Made by a program: the position numbers and the translations under genes. A stretch of 64,000 bases of DNA from the human T2T-CHM13v2.0 reference genome, Homo sapiens: NCBI RefSeq assembly GCF_009914755.1, contig NC_060934.1; one strand, written 5' to 3'. Below the pieces are notes generated by a model. That model searched no databases and was not told the DNA's origin. It saw only the letters and a list, made by a program, of their open reading frames with translations. Positions within the stretch are counted from its first letter, which is position 1, and the number at the start of each line of letters is the position of its first letter. This document shows, piece by piece, positions 26,133-39,898 of the stretch.

Positions 26133-26244
26133 ACAAAATGCTCATTATTAATGCAGTAATTTCTAATCTTACATCTCTGGAGGTCTAGTTTTCAGATGCC
26201 TCAATAGCTGAATCTCAAAATGAAAATTAAAAAGCAGAGAAATC

Positions 26245-26568
<324 letters not shown>

Positions 26569-26929
26569 CTAACAAAGCACTTGCACACTGCCCTGTGGGA
26601 GAGGAAGGAAAGCCACTGTCCTGGAGTCTAGGGGTGAGGGCTGCAGGTGGGACTTCTGACAGCACAGGCAAGGCAATGGAGCACAGTGGTCTCTAGTCTG
26701 GGGTGTGTGTGTAAGAAGGCAGTGCGGTTGAGTGAGCAAAGTCTTTGGCTGGTCATCATGACAAGGCCAGATAGGCAGGCAAGCACTAAATAAACTCGCA
26801 ATATTCTGTGGGCAGGGTAGAACTCATTGGAGATCCTCAATGCTTTTCAGAAACTGGCACAGCAGCATCTAAGCATGACATTCAAGGACATTTAGAAGCT
26901 GGCTTTGGCCCATGGTTTGTGAGCCTCAC

Positions 26930-27055
26930 CCATTCATTTAACAACTGTTTGTTGTGTGTCTACTGGGTGCCAGACACTGGTCTAAGGCACCGAGCGCCCA
27001 GTAGGAAACCAAATGGACAACCCCCTGCCCTTGTGGATTGTATATTTTTGCTTCA
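26930..27055 (-). mobile_element. L2 3'-end relic
   Basis: cattcatttaacaactgtttgttgtgtgtctactgggtgccagacactggtctaaggc. Confidence 0.65.
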
Positions 27056-27199
27056 ATGGTCTTGTCTCTACTCAGCTAAAATGGACTTTGTACCCCGCTA
27101 TTTATGTCCTCCCTCATGCAAAGGGGTTCAAATAAAGCAATTGGGAAAAAAAGGTGGGAGGGATGAGGGGACGGGAAGAAGCTTGGTGTAGCAGGAAGA

Positions 27200-27410
27200 C
27201 CTGGAAAGACCTCAACCTTGGGGCTGGACTCCAATCATAGCAATTTACCAGCTGTGTGGCCCTGGGCAAAGCCCTTGACGTCTCTGAACTTCAGTTCTCT
27301 CATCTGTAAAATGGAACTAATACCAGCATCCTGAAGAGGATCCCTGAGATAACATACATCACTTTGGGCCCAGCGAGGGGCATAGGGAGAGCTCAATAAA
27401 TAGAAGCTGG
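27200..27410 (+). mobile_element. MIR. Further MIR relics near 210-340, 3180-3290, 21220-21310, 28090-28300, 31000-31110, 52120-52330, 55850-56080, 62120-62240 and 63280-63410
   Basis: MIR core accagctgtgtggccctgggcaa...tctctgaacttcagttctctcatctgtaaaatgg. Confidence 0.75.
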
Positions 27411-28946
27411 AACTCAGCACTCCTTCTGAACTTCTCTTCTTCCCAGCCTTCCTCATCCTTCAAGGCTCTGCATGTCCTAACCCCACCAGTTGAAACTGAG
27501 CTGAGGCAGAGTGAGTGAGGGGTGGGAGGAAGCTGGTTTTGAGGGATTGAGTGAGAATCTGCCACCTTTCCTGGCCCCAGGGCCTGGCTGTGCAGCCGTG
27601 CATGTGAGCAGACACAGCCCAGGCTCAGCCCAGGCCACATCTCTGGCCAGGTGGGATGCAGCTGGGCCTAACTGGAAACAGCAGCCCTGCCTCAGCAATC
27701 CCCACATTTGGTAAGTGTGGAAGGAATTACCCCATTCTTGCCAAAATCAAGTCTGCCTGAAAATAATTAGCCGTGGCTAGGAGAGATGGTTGAGAGGGAG
27801 AATTCAGTGTTTGGGTGTGTAAAACTCAGGAGGAAAAAGAGAAACTCCACTGGGGTCCATGGCCAAGGCAAGGAAGGTCTCATCTCCAGGGATGAAATCT
27901 TTAAAAACCATATTTTTATGGAGGGCCTACTCTTCCATAGACTGGTGCCATCTCCCTTAGCCAGGGCTGATGTCACTGACCACAGTAACTCTTGTTGCTA
28001 AGCCCAGATGTGACTTCAGAATCCTCCTTAACCCAGTGCACCAGGTAGTATTACCAAGCAGGCAAGAGCTGACATAGGAAATGGAAACCTGTTTGCTAGC
28101 CCCCGACATAAATCATCTCATTTCATCCTTACAACAGCCCTAAGAGATGGCTAGTACTGTCCCGTCTGATAAATAAGGGCACTGAAGCTTGTAGAGGGCA
28201 ACTGGCTTACCTACAGTCTCTCCGCCTCTAAGTGTCAGAAGTGGAATCCGAATCCATGCCTGGCACTTGAAGACACACTCTTTCCACTACATCCCACTGC
28301 GCTTACTAACAGTTCTTTGTTCCAAGGCTCTCAGCCTGCCACCAGCATCGCAGGCACCCCAAGCCCTGGCCCCTGATGCGTATCTACCTGCCCGAGGGTC
28401 TGGACACCAGGAAACCCCACCCACATGAACCAGGGACCCTGGCAGTGTTAACCTCTTAAAGCTGGGGCGTGAGCCACTCCTTGCAACTCACACTCCTCCC
28501 TGGAAGACGTTCACTGATCTGCCCTCTGCCCTCCCAGACTCTGCCATCCACCACCTCCACTGGGCATTCCTGACCAGGGAAAGCTGAAAGGCTTCCAGGC
28601 TAGCATGGACAGGAGCCCCATTTCCAGCCTCTGGCAATGCCCTGGCTGGACACTTTTGCCGGGCAGTCTAAATGTTTATGTCTGCCAATGCAGTGGCTGG
28701 GATGGATTTATTTAGCTTTGGAGTGCAGTGTGTTTCCGATTATAAACTGTCCAGCCAGGCCTCCAGGAAGGCTGGGATCTGCAGGCTTCCCTCCCTGCCC
28801 CTAGCCCCACAAAACTAGAAGCCCCAGCAGGGCTCTGGAAAACCCCTGGATCAAGAGGCTCTGCCGCAAGATAGCCAATTGATCGGGTGGCTATAGCGCA
28901 TTCACAGAAAAGGAAGGAAAGGGGAGAAGAAATTCAGTACACATAC

Positions 28947-28996
28947 CAGGCTGGATTCTCTGCGTGGTGGAGGTCTTGTCCGTAGGTTCGGGGAGC
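28947..28996 (-). CDS. SH3PXD2A: SH3PXD2A coding exon (50 nt); not in the ORF track
   Basis: tctcttcctctag|GC...CTG|gtatgt. (S)SPNLRTRPPPRRESSL; phases 1/0 fit the neighbours. Confidence 0.94.
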
Positions 28997-30218
28997 CTAG
29001 AGGAAGAGACATGGCTTCAGAAATCCTAGTCAGACGATGGGCAACAGTACCCATACCTGCCTTCCCTAGGTGAAACTAACTCCTGATCCTTCAAGTTCAT
29101 GCTTTAGCTCAGCCTTTATGAAGGACTTGACACTCTAAGTCACTATGGGCACTGTGGTTGGGCTTTTTCAAGGGGAAACTATAGACCTTTACCTTGGCTG
29201 TGCTTCCAGGGGATCTATGAACACTCTAAAATTATGTGCACTTTTCAAAATGTGCAGCTATGTGGGCATTTTTCAGGGTAACGGGTGTATAGATTTATCA
29301 GGTTTTCAAAGTTAGGAGCAGAGACCATGTCTGTTTTTTGCTTACTATTAAATCCATAGAAGCTAGCATAATGCCAGGCAAGAGGAGGTGCCCAATAACT
29401 GTTTCCCAGCTGGTTCCCTAAAAGATTTCAGGCACGAGAGCTAACTTAACCCAGTGGAGCTAAACTAAAGAAACAGCTTTCCTCCAGATTTTAAGAATGG
29501 CTGGACACAAACAAAAGCTAGGTTCCTATAACATGGAAGTTTTAAGCCTCAACAAAAGGCATTATTGGGCCAGAGATGGAGGGTGCCAGACTGCCTGGAG
29601 TCTCCTGTAGAAATGAAGATGATTCTTGAAGAACGCCCTGTTGAAACTGCCTGTGTAGAGTGGTAAAGCCTTAGCTCCCAAGTCTCTTAGGTTTCCAGTA
29701 ACGAGTGGAAAGTCATAGGGAAGGAGCTGCTAAGGCCCAGAAAGACGTTTCTCTACAGACTGTCACTCCATAGGGCAGCCCTGCATATAGCACCCACATT
29801 CAACAGCCCAGGGAAATGTGTTTTTTTGATTTTTTAAAAGTCAGCTACACATCATCTATCTTGATTTATAAAGCCTTTACCATAAGGAAAAGAAAACATT
29901 TCTTGCTCTTGGAACGCGTGTATCTGCAGAGTGACCATTGCTGGCTCTCCACTAGAGGAGGGAACGCTACCACCCACATCCTCATGTGATCTAGCTTCCG
30001 TGGAGCAGCTGGGAGCAGTTGAGTCATCATACTCCTCTGCCTTCTCCACTCCTGTGATGAGCATGACACAAGTTGACAGAGTGAGGGTCAAAGGCCAGTC
30101 TGTAGCCCAGGAGGAAAACGCCATGGGGGTCCTGTGCACCCCCCTGGCTTTCACGGCACCCATGCCCATTCTCTAAGGAGCTTTGCAGTGAGGACCTAGA
30201 GGTCAGCGAGGCTCTTAC

Positions 30219-30556
30219 TGATCTGGGCCCGCTGAGGGGCAATCCTGGCCACAGCTGGAGAGCCCTGGGCCAGCCTGGAGACAGTCCTGTCAGGAACGCC
30301 CACGGCACTGCCATTGGAGGCATTGCAGAGGATGGGCAGGCTGATCTCCTTCTTGGCAATGGGGGCCTCATGGCCCTCGCCTTCGGCTGGTGGAGTTTCC
30401 TTGTCCCCAGACGCCTTCTTGTTCAGCAGGTTGCTGATCTCCATGATGTTCCCAATGATCTCCACTGGGCCGGCCAGGTTCTTCTTCCGGGTTGGCAGGT
30501 CATCCTTGGCCTTCTTCAGGTAGGATGCTGGCGCCCAGCCCTCTTTGCCCAGGTAT
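30219..30556 (-). CDS. SH3PXD2A: SH3PXD2A coding exon (338 nt), end of SH3-2 and linker
   Basis: ccccacag|A...ATCA|gtaaga. YLGKEGWAPASYLKKAKDDLPTRKKNLAGPVEIIGNIMEISNLLN...QRAQI. Confidence 0.96.
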
Positions 30557-31340
30557 CTGTGGGGAGGAGCAGGATGTGCTATCATTAGAGCACTCTGACC
30601 TCACAGCCCACTCCCAGGCCCTAGGATCCATCTGGCCTTGCCCAGTGGAGCCTTCCCTACCATGTTCTGCAAGGCTTGGCAATCCCACTACTCTGGAGAG
30701 AAATGGCACCGAGGGTAGGTGGAAAAGACACCCAGAACACCAATTCCCACTGCCCCCCCACCATGCTCCTTTTTCTTTGCCTGATCCCTCTTGGGGTGGG
30801 CTCTCATGTTCTGCAAAGTCAGGCAAATGTGGGAGCTTGGGATCAGATTTATCAACTTTTGGGTTGCCCAAAGGAGGACTTCATAATGGCCTGCTACTTC
30901 CCAGTCAGTTGAGGATAATTAGAGAGATAAGAAGAAGGTGTGGATGTGGTATGTAGAGGTAAATGGCCTGTAGGAAGGGGAGGTATTATTAGAGAGGGAA
31001 TTGACTCCAGAAGGTGAGAGTCAGGCAGTCTGAGTTCTAGTCTGTGGTACCTTGCACAAGTCCCTTCCCTGGAGCTCAGTTTGTGTCTCTTTTGCAAGAT
31101 GCAGGGATAGAGTCGCTGCTAAAAATGTACCCAGAAGGACAGACATGTTGAGATCAACTAAGCTGTCTCCAACATCTTAGCTGGAATGGCTCCTCCATGC
31201 CAGATGACTGAATGGGACAGCTGTGGTGCCACTGCAGGGAGAGTAGGTGGATCCTCTATAGACTGTCACAGACCAAGTTCACAAACCAGGCTAAATTTAC
31301 TGTAGTGGAACAAAGATGCATTATTCAATAAGTGATTTGG

Positions 31341-31693
<353 letters not shown>

Positions 31694-32850
31694 TTATACC
31701 ATATAGCAGAATTAACAAATAGAAGATTGACATAATGTTGGGGGTTGAGAAAATCTAAGTGGGGCTCCAAAAGCAGAAACCATAAGTGAAAAGACAAAAG
31801 CACATGACTAGATAAAACTAAAACCAAAGCAAAACAAAAACAAAACAAAACAAAAGGAAACAAAACCAAAAGCTCATAAACAAAGGCAAAAGGCAAATGA
31901 TAGGGCTGACTTAATTTCTGGTGATTCGATGACTTCTGAAAACAAGCTTTTCCTTTTTTCCTCGTGGTGTTGAGTTTTCACCCAAACCCATGGGGACTTC
32001 ACTTCCTGGTCCAGTAGTCGCTGGCCAGTGCCCCCAAGTCTGGGTTGCAATGTCCCCATCTGCTCCCTGGACACATCTGGCTCTTTGGAATGGCTCCTCC
32101 ACACCAGATGTCTGAACACCTCCCCCCCCGCCCCGCCCACCGTCTTCCTGATCTGACCTTGTTCTTGGGCGCTCATTAGGTGGGAGAAAAGGAATATGAA
32201 AGCTGAAGTTCCTATCAACATGTCTGAGCTTTGCGAGAAAGCTCAGGTAGGAGGTGGCTCCTTACGTTCTGTCACAGAAACATGCAGGCAGGCTGAGCCA
32301 AGCTCGCCTCCCCAGGGATTGGGAGGCAGAGGTGAGTTAACACGTGGGTGGGAGTCAGGGGCCTGTCTTTGGCTCCCTGATGCAATGGGTGCAAACAGAA
32401 GCACAGAATTTTAAGGGTGGATGGAAGCAACGAGTAAAAATACCTAATCTTATGTGAGCCAACAACTACGGCTCAGAAAAGCAAGGGGGTCACACAGTGA
32501 GCGCTTAGCAGCATCTGGCCCAGAGCCTGGTGCTCTTGCATCTCAGAGAAAAGACAAAGATGAGCCCACTGGCCCTCACTGACGATTTTTCTACATGGAC
32601 ACTGTAGAGCTATGGGGAGAGGGGGCTCATGGAGGTGACGGTCAGGCCTGCTTAGGGCCCCGAGTGCTGTATTTGTGTTCCTTCAGCACTACATGGGTAA
32701 AATTAAGATTCCAGGAGGAGAAACGCAAGGGAATCAGGAGTGCCTGTGTGTGTCTGGGTCCAGCTCTGCTCACATCTGCTTTCCAGCAATGGAGAATGAA
32801 ATGACTCCAGCGGGAAGCAAGCTGGAAAGGGCGCGATGGAGAGTGCGAGG

Positions 32851-32876
32851 GTGTGTGTGTGTGTGTGTGTGTGTGT
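32851..32876. repeat. (GT)13 microsatellite
   Basis: Directly visible. Confidence 0.96.
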
Positions 32877-34541
32877 AGGGGTTGGGGGAGGAGAAGAAAG
32901 ACAGGAAATGAGGATCAACGTAGAGCCTGGAATGTTGGGAAATGGCATATTTAAGGGGGTGTCTGGCAGCCTTTTTAAGGTGGAATCTTTTCAGCCGGGT
33001 TTTCTCAGTCCAAGCTCCTGCTGGCTGTAAGACTAGGCCATGGGGATAGGAGCGGACTAGAAGCAGCTCAGAGTGACTTTGTTGGTCATTTTAGAAAACA
33101 AAAAAATAATAATAAAGCAGCCTTGTAGATAAGCTCCAGGCAAGTGAGCTAGGCCACCAGCCTGCCAGAATGTTTCCTGGCTTTCCCACGTTCAACTCAT
33201 GGCTGGTGGGTGATTGGGTTGACTCTAGTTTCCATTGCTCAGAGAACATAAAAGTCTAGGGGCACTGGCTTTGGACAATACACATCCAGATGCACAGTCC
33301 CATCCCACCCAATGGGACAGAAAGGGACATCTCAGCCCTCCTGACTGATATGCACCAGGGCTCCGGGGTGGGGCGGGGTGGGGGCGGGGTAGGGGCGGGG
33401 GGTGTGGTGCGTGCCATGGAGCCATGTTCCATCAGGTCAGACTAAGGTGCAATCTCCATATGGCCAGTGACCTCAGCATGGACTAGCCTTTAATGCCATC
33501 ATGTTGTACCATGTTCTGAGCAACTGTCCCACGAGTACTCACATCCCCTGGGGCACATTGGTGCCACTGCACAATCCTGTCCCCTCTGTCGGAGACCACC
33601 TAGAATGCATGTCCTGCCCACAGTGGATCTGGGGTCCCCAGAGCCCAAGGATATAGGACTATCCCTGTCAGCTGGGTAACTGGCAGAGAAGAGAGAAGGT
33701 GGGCAAAGTCATCACAGCTGAGCCAGTTCCAAGGACACCAAAAGCACTTACTGAGATCAAGTCTCCTGGAGCATTTCTTGAGAGCAGGGGTCCTGGAAGG
33801 GTAGGTCTTGGCCAGGTAATGGTGAGTGAAACCCACGGGATTGTTTGCCTCCAGCAGGTCAGGAAAGACCCCACTTCCCTACCCATACCATTCAATAGGA
33901 TTCTACGCTGGGAACTGTGATTAGGCCTGGGAGAGGGAGGGGCAAGAGAAGGAAGAAGCCTCCGATGGCCTGAGCCGAGGCCTGACTTCTGCTCCAGCCC
34001 TTGCAGCCAGCCCTGCAGATTGGACAGCCAGTCCCCATCCACCAGGGACGTGGCTGCAAGAGGCCTGCACCTGCACCCGCCCCCGCCCCCAGCCCACCTC
34101 CCTGAGTACTGAGCCTGGGCAGCAGAGGTTGCCTGCTGGGACCTCAGCAAGGCCTGCGGACGCCAGTGCTCCAGGCAGCCCTAGCTGTGGAGCACACCAG
34201 GCAGCCAAGGCCGGACACACAAAACCAAATTCAGATGTGCTGAGCTCTCTTGGCAGATACGTGGGAAGGGATTGCACCACAGCCTGCAAGCTGACCCGGG
34301 GCCTCTGTGCCCCGCTGGCTGTGGCTCAAGCTCTGCTTTACGCGTCCCGGGAGAAAACTTGCAAGATGAGCATTCTCTGGTTGAGCTATTCAGCTGTGCA
34401 GAGGTGCAGCAGCCCAGCCCTGTGCCGTGGGCACAAAGCTGTCAGTATCTACCTGCCATCAGGTGGCCATGGCCACTTTGCACTCTGCCCAGGGCCCAGG
34501 TGGGCGAGAGGCATCTCGTTCATAATGTAAGGGTTCCCTAC

Positions 34542-34659
34542 CTGATATACCACCAGCCTTCCAGATTCTTCCGGATCACCTCCACTGTGACGCCCTTCTC
34601 AAAGCCAATCTCGTCCTTGCTTTGGCTGGTGTAAGGCTGCACGGTGACATACTTCTCCT
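34542..34659 (-). CDS. SH3PXD2A: SH3PXD2A coding exon (118 nt), start of SH3-2; not in the ORF track
   Basis: cccccag|AG...ATCAG|gtaggg. EEKYVTVQPYTSQSKDEIGFEKGVTVEVIRKNLEGWWYIR. Confidence 0.96.
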
Positions 34660-37600
34660 CTGGGGGTGGGAGCAAGCAAGCAAGATTATTTGAGGTCGGG
34701 GTGCAGGTCCTGCTTCCTGTCCCCTCCTCCTGCCCTGGCCTGGCTTTTGCTCAACTGCTTGCCAAGAAGGTCCACTGGGTTGGCTCTGGCTTCTCCAGGG
34801 GAGGGAAGGACCAGGCCCCAGAGGTGGCAGCAGGGAGACCATGGGAGCAGAGGTCACTGCTGCTCCCAGTGTGTGCCAAAGCCAGCCAGGACCCAGGTTG
34901 TCAGGCAAGGCCCTGGGAGCAGGGAGTCGGCTCTCCCAGCCTGATAATGGCGGCCAGGCTGCCGGGACCTTGGAGTCCACAGGGCTCAGAAGCTTGCTGG
35001 GCCGAGGGCAGGATTAGGAGAAGCCGGCCCCTCATGAGGTGTCCTTGCATGCCTTGAGGCCCCACGGCATACCGCTTTTCCTCGAAATGTGCCCTGTTTC
35101 CATCTGTGTCCCAGATGAACTCTCCTATCCCTGCCCCCAGCTCAGCCTCTTGCATCCTTCCTCTGTCTGACCTTCAGAGGTTCTAGGGACACCTCCTCGG
35201 TGAAGCCTTCCCTGAGCACCCACTTCATCCATTAACACCTGGTCATGTAATCTCCCAAGAGGAGTCCATGGAACCCAGGTCTCATGGAAGCAGTTACATG
35301 TGTTTTGTTAAGACAAGGGTTCGATGGCCAAATGAGCTTGGAAACACCAAGCACAGCACAATCAGGCAGCACTGGCCCAAGTGGCTTCTGCAGAACATGC
35401 TGTGCCAACCACGCAGCCGAGGCCTAGCCCCTCTGGAGGGCAGCCTGCTCTGTTTTCAAGGATGTCACTTCAGGGTCTTGCCCAAGGTCCTCCCGAGGTG
35501 CTGGGAAAGAAGTGCCTTGTAGACTCTCAGGAAGGCTTGGGAGGGCAGGTGTGGGGAGAGTGGGGCACCATGGTGCCTCCCCTGGTTTCTCTCAGCCTCT
35601 CTCCTGGCAGGAGGCCTGGGTGCCACCCGCTTGGGTCCTTGATCAGGCTTCCAGGAGGGTGTTTCTTCCATGCCTGCTGGGGTTCAGCTTTCCCTGTCCC
35701 AGGAAGCCCCTGATAGGTAGACCCCAGAGCTGAGTACTCCCTGGCTCTGCTCCTAGCTGGCTGGCTAAAGAGTCCTTGCCTCCTGCCTGAGACACTCCGT
35801 AGAGGGCTGCTCAGAGTGGAACACTCCCCACCTCACCTTCTGGGGCAACAGGAGCTGAGACAGGAGGAGGAAGTGGCAATCTGGCCATGCCCTTCTGAAG
35901 GGTCACCCTGAGCCACTGTTGTCCTCTCTGGCGTGGGTGCTCCCCAGGGGCTGAGACAGTGCCTGGCAGACAGCGAGACACTGTTGACTGCATCACGACC
36001 AGGCAAGGCTGAGCAAGGGTACCGATGGGAAGTGCTGTGAGCTCAAAACAGCGGGATGCTGGAGCAGACTGCTGGCCTCTGGTCTCTGGGACACCCACCC
36101 CTCCTGGCTCCCAGCTGTGACAGCCACCCCCTGGGCTCCTTGGCTGGATGCTGGCGGGCAGCCTGCCTAAGACTGGTGGCCGTGGGGGTGGGAGGCAGCT
36201 GCCACCCCAACCCCCAGCTGTGGGAGGGCCATCTGTCCACTCTCCCCTGGATTATCGGGGCCCTGTCTGCAGCCCTGTGCTGAGCCGAGATAGCAGCTCC
36301 CTTTGGGGGTGGTTGTGGCTGCCCTGCCAGGCTGTGAAGACAGAACTGATGGGCTACTAGCCAAATTCAAACGGCTGCCCAAAAGCAGAAGGAGGGTGAT
36401 GACCCATGGGAGCCTGCAGGATTTTTCGGTACGCCCTTCTCTGCTGCAGAACTTGGTCAGCATCGACTCAGGGAGGGCCTTACTCTGGAGGCTTTCAGAT
36501 TCCAACCCAGCCATGCTTCAGACTGCTGCCAAGGCGGCCTGAGAACCCTGCCCAGCCAGATTCTGACTCGGCCCTTTGAGAAGTTCAGGGCTCCACAGTC
36601 CAACTCTCTCTGCTCTCCTGCCTGCTCCTGGTTCTGCTCCATTTTCCAGTGAGGCATGGCAAATCCCAGCTCAGCGGCGGCCAGAGGGGCAGCGCCAGGC
36701 TCCGGGAATCCAGGATTCTGAGGTTAGGATGAGGCGAGGCCTGGGCTCCACATTTTGCCTTTGTTCAGCTGGGCTATTTTTAAAAGTCTGTGGTTCGAGC
36801 AGGAAGCCATCATTAAGGTTTTCCTAGGCAAGGTTGCATTTGCAGGGAAAAATGACAGCCCTTCTCGTGGGAAGATCAGAGGAGCCCTGCCCTGCTTCAT
36901 GGCAGAGAACAAGGTCTAGCCCATCATGTGGGCTCAGCCTCCTGGGCCACTAGGGCCCAGCCCCAGCCTTCGCAGCCTCCCGGGGTGCGTGGAAGACAGA
37001 ATCCCGTGGGCCATGTAAGCTCAGGCTTTCTCCTGACCTCTTGGGGGTGGGGGCAGAACCAGGGATATCAGTTCTGGCCGGTAAAGTTGAGCTGCTCCTG
37101 CAAAAGGTTCTTGGGGACTCTGGGGCTGCAGCAACCACAGATGTCCAGGAGTTCACGTGCTGCTGGTGAGAGCTCCTGGATGGGAGGCTCGTCCTGCCCC
37201 GGTCACTGCACAGGTTGCAGGGATGAGAACCCAGAGCCCTCCTCCCTGGCAGGGCTAGGCAGGCAGACCAGGCCGTCCCAGCTCCTGGGTTTCCACCCAG
37301 TTGGCTCAGATGGCAGAGGCATGGACTTTCCATGTGGACACAGGCCTTGTGGGTCTCAGGCCTTCCAACTCACAGGTGTCCCAAGGAAGAGAGACTTGCC
37401 TGGGCCACAAACCCCATCTGGGGGCGCCAGACAAGAGGAGGCCCAGACAGACGGACATGGCCTCAGCGGGCAGCTGCATGATTCAGGGTGGTCAGGGTCT
37501 TGGGAAGAGATGTCCCGTCGGAAATGGGGTTGAGGGAAGGGAGGCTGTGAGCTCCAGTGGGATCCTCCGGGCTTCTGGGAAGCACTGGGGCCGTGAACAC

Positions 37601-38062
37601 TGACCACGCCACCAGGAGACGGTGGCAGCCTGCCCTGGGGAGGGCTGGCCAGGCGGTCAGCCGGGTGGGTGAGGGGGATAGGCCTGCTTTGGTTTTGGAG
37701 GCAGGGGCTGGATGTCCTGTAGTTTCCAAACCACAGAAGCCTCCTCTTCCCCAACACTTTCCCCTCTGTCAGCAGTCTCCCCACTCCCTTCCTGCCCCCA
37801 CGACTTACCCAACCCCACTGAGAGAGGCCTTTTGGTTCCAAGGGCCTGGCTGGCTGAGGGAACGGGGAGCGGAGGCCGTGGGGAAGCTCCGCTTTTCTCT
37901 TGTCTAGCTCCTCCACAACCTGCAGCCTGCCTCCCCGACCAGCTCTGCTGTTTGCAGCAAGCGTCTCCAAGCCAACTCTCTGCAAGTTTTTCTTGGCTGC
38001 CTGGTTTAACTTAGCCCATCAGGCTGAGGCTGGGACATTATGTTGTTTAGGTCTCTTATTTA

Positions 38063-38082
38063 AGAGAGAGAGAGAGAGAGAG
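38063..38082. repeat. (AG)~10 microsatellite
   Basis: Directly visible. Confidence 0.9.
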
Positions 38083-38139
38083 CAAGAGCTGGGGGCTTAT
38101 ATTTGCTTAGGTATGGGTGACCAAGAATTAGGCATTTCA

Positions 38140-38545
38140 TTGCGTATTTGTGTCTCCACATATCACTGTATGTCTGTGACTGGCATATATGTGGTGCAAG
38201 GCGTTGTGTGTATGAAGCTGTATGTGCCCTTGTGAGTGTTGCTGTGGAGGAATGGGTGGCGTATGTGTGTATGTTGCGTATATGTGTGTGTGTGATGATT
38301 TTGTGACTGTGTATGATGCATTTGTGGTGGTATAAACAGAAGACACATGGCACGGTGTATGCGTGGCTGCATAATTGGAATTGTGTATGTGTATTGTGAG
38401 TGGCTGTGTGCCTGGGACTGTGGATATGTGGGTGTCAGGGAGGCTGGATGTGACAGGGCGCACAGTCGTATCTGTGGCCATGAGGGCTGTGCATGTCTGT
38501 GGGGTTGTGGAGATGGTCGTGTTTGGGGCTCAGTGTGCAAGGGTG
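38140..38545. repeat. Degenerate TG/TA-rich low-complexity tract
   Basis: Recurrent tgtgtatg/tgtgtg over ~400 nt. Confidence 0.7.
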
Positions 38546-39814
38546 TTTGGAGCCAAACCTTCATCCGTGCCATGCATTTCCAGACTTACGTCCCACTCTC
38601 CTTTGCCGCCAAGGCTTGAGCTGCGTCCCAGCTTTAGGGTGGCCATTGCTCTATGTCCAGCCTGTTCTTGCTGTTTCTACAACTTGACCCCCAGCCCTGT
38701 GTCAGCCCACAGGGTCCAGCCCAGGCTGTGCCCTCAGGACAAGCTGGACTTCTCATGGCCAGTGCTCTGTGCCTGACGCTGAGCCAGCCATAGGCTGTAG
38801 CCACCTGTGTCCAGGCTTCCTGCTGCTTTGGGCCTGGGGCAGACACCAAAACATGCTCTTACAGTCATTTAGAACCAAGCTGTGAGGGTGGGGGTCACTG
38901 GGTGTCCCCGCTTCCAGAAAGGCCAGTGTTTATGATACACCTCTCTCTGTGCCGTCACTGTGAGAAGCACACACACCCTGCTCCATGCGGGGCTGGCCAA
39001 GCCCTGGCCCAGGGGACTGCAGATGTTTAAGGGTTTGTTCAGCAGCCCAGCCCTGGGGCTTTGTTCCACTCCCTTACCTCCCAGGTTCCTGGATGCTAGA
39101 AAGATCCTGGGCGAGAAAGCTCTAAACCCACAAACATCTGATCAGCCCATGTGCTGGGCCTGGGGGGCTCCCTGGACTCCCCTGGATCAGGCCCCTCCTG
39201 AAGCCCCAGCAGTTACTGCTCCTGGCTGGACCTGACCCTCAGCAGAGCCTGTTGGGCTGCACCCTGATGCCAGGCTGGGTCTGGCTTTGCTCCCTTTCTA
39301 GTTTCCGTGGAGCTGGCAGGAGGAGCGTGAATGTGAGCCAGTCCTTCTTTCTGCTTTGTTCCCAAGAAACTGATAGAACAACTTTGGCCGAGGGAGCATT
39401 TTCTCAGAGGACAGGGGCCATGGAGGATGGGGGAGTGGGATGGCCCCAGCAGAGGGCTAGACACGCTTAGCTCCTTTAATCTGCAGCTTCCAGGGCCAAT
39501 GTGGCCTTTCTTAAAGACCCGAAACCCCCTTGTCCCCCTCCTCAAGCCCCTGTACCTTTTCAGGGAACCCACAACTGTGTTCCATGACCCTCATACCCAG
39601 GAGGTTGACAAAGCCAGAGCCACCCCCAGTGCCACCCTGATTCCCAAGCAGGCCCACCCCACACCAGCTGCAGTAGGTGAGAAGAAAGCCTGGCCCGTGA
39701 ATCTGGGTGAACAAGGAGGCCACAGGGCAGAGAGCAGAGCCCGGAAAGAAAGAGCAGTGTTAGCGAGAGACAGGCGGTCGCTGCGAGGGAGGAGAAGCCA
39801 GCTCCCGCAGTCAC

Positions 39815-39898
39815 CTCGGCTGTGCTGCCTGTTGACCATCCCGCCCAGGGTCCACCGGCGATCCAGGCGCCGCAGATGGGCCTTGCGTCTCTTGGACA
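39815..39898 (-). CDS. SH3PXD2A: SH3PXD2A symmetric 84-nt cassette exon (28-aa basic insert between SH3-1 and SH3-2)
   Basis: cacaccag|TG...CGAG|gtgact, phase 1/1. VSKRRKAHLRRLDRRWTLGGMVNRQHSR; matches the 28-aa difference between TKS5 isoforms as I recall it. Confidence 0.9.
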
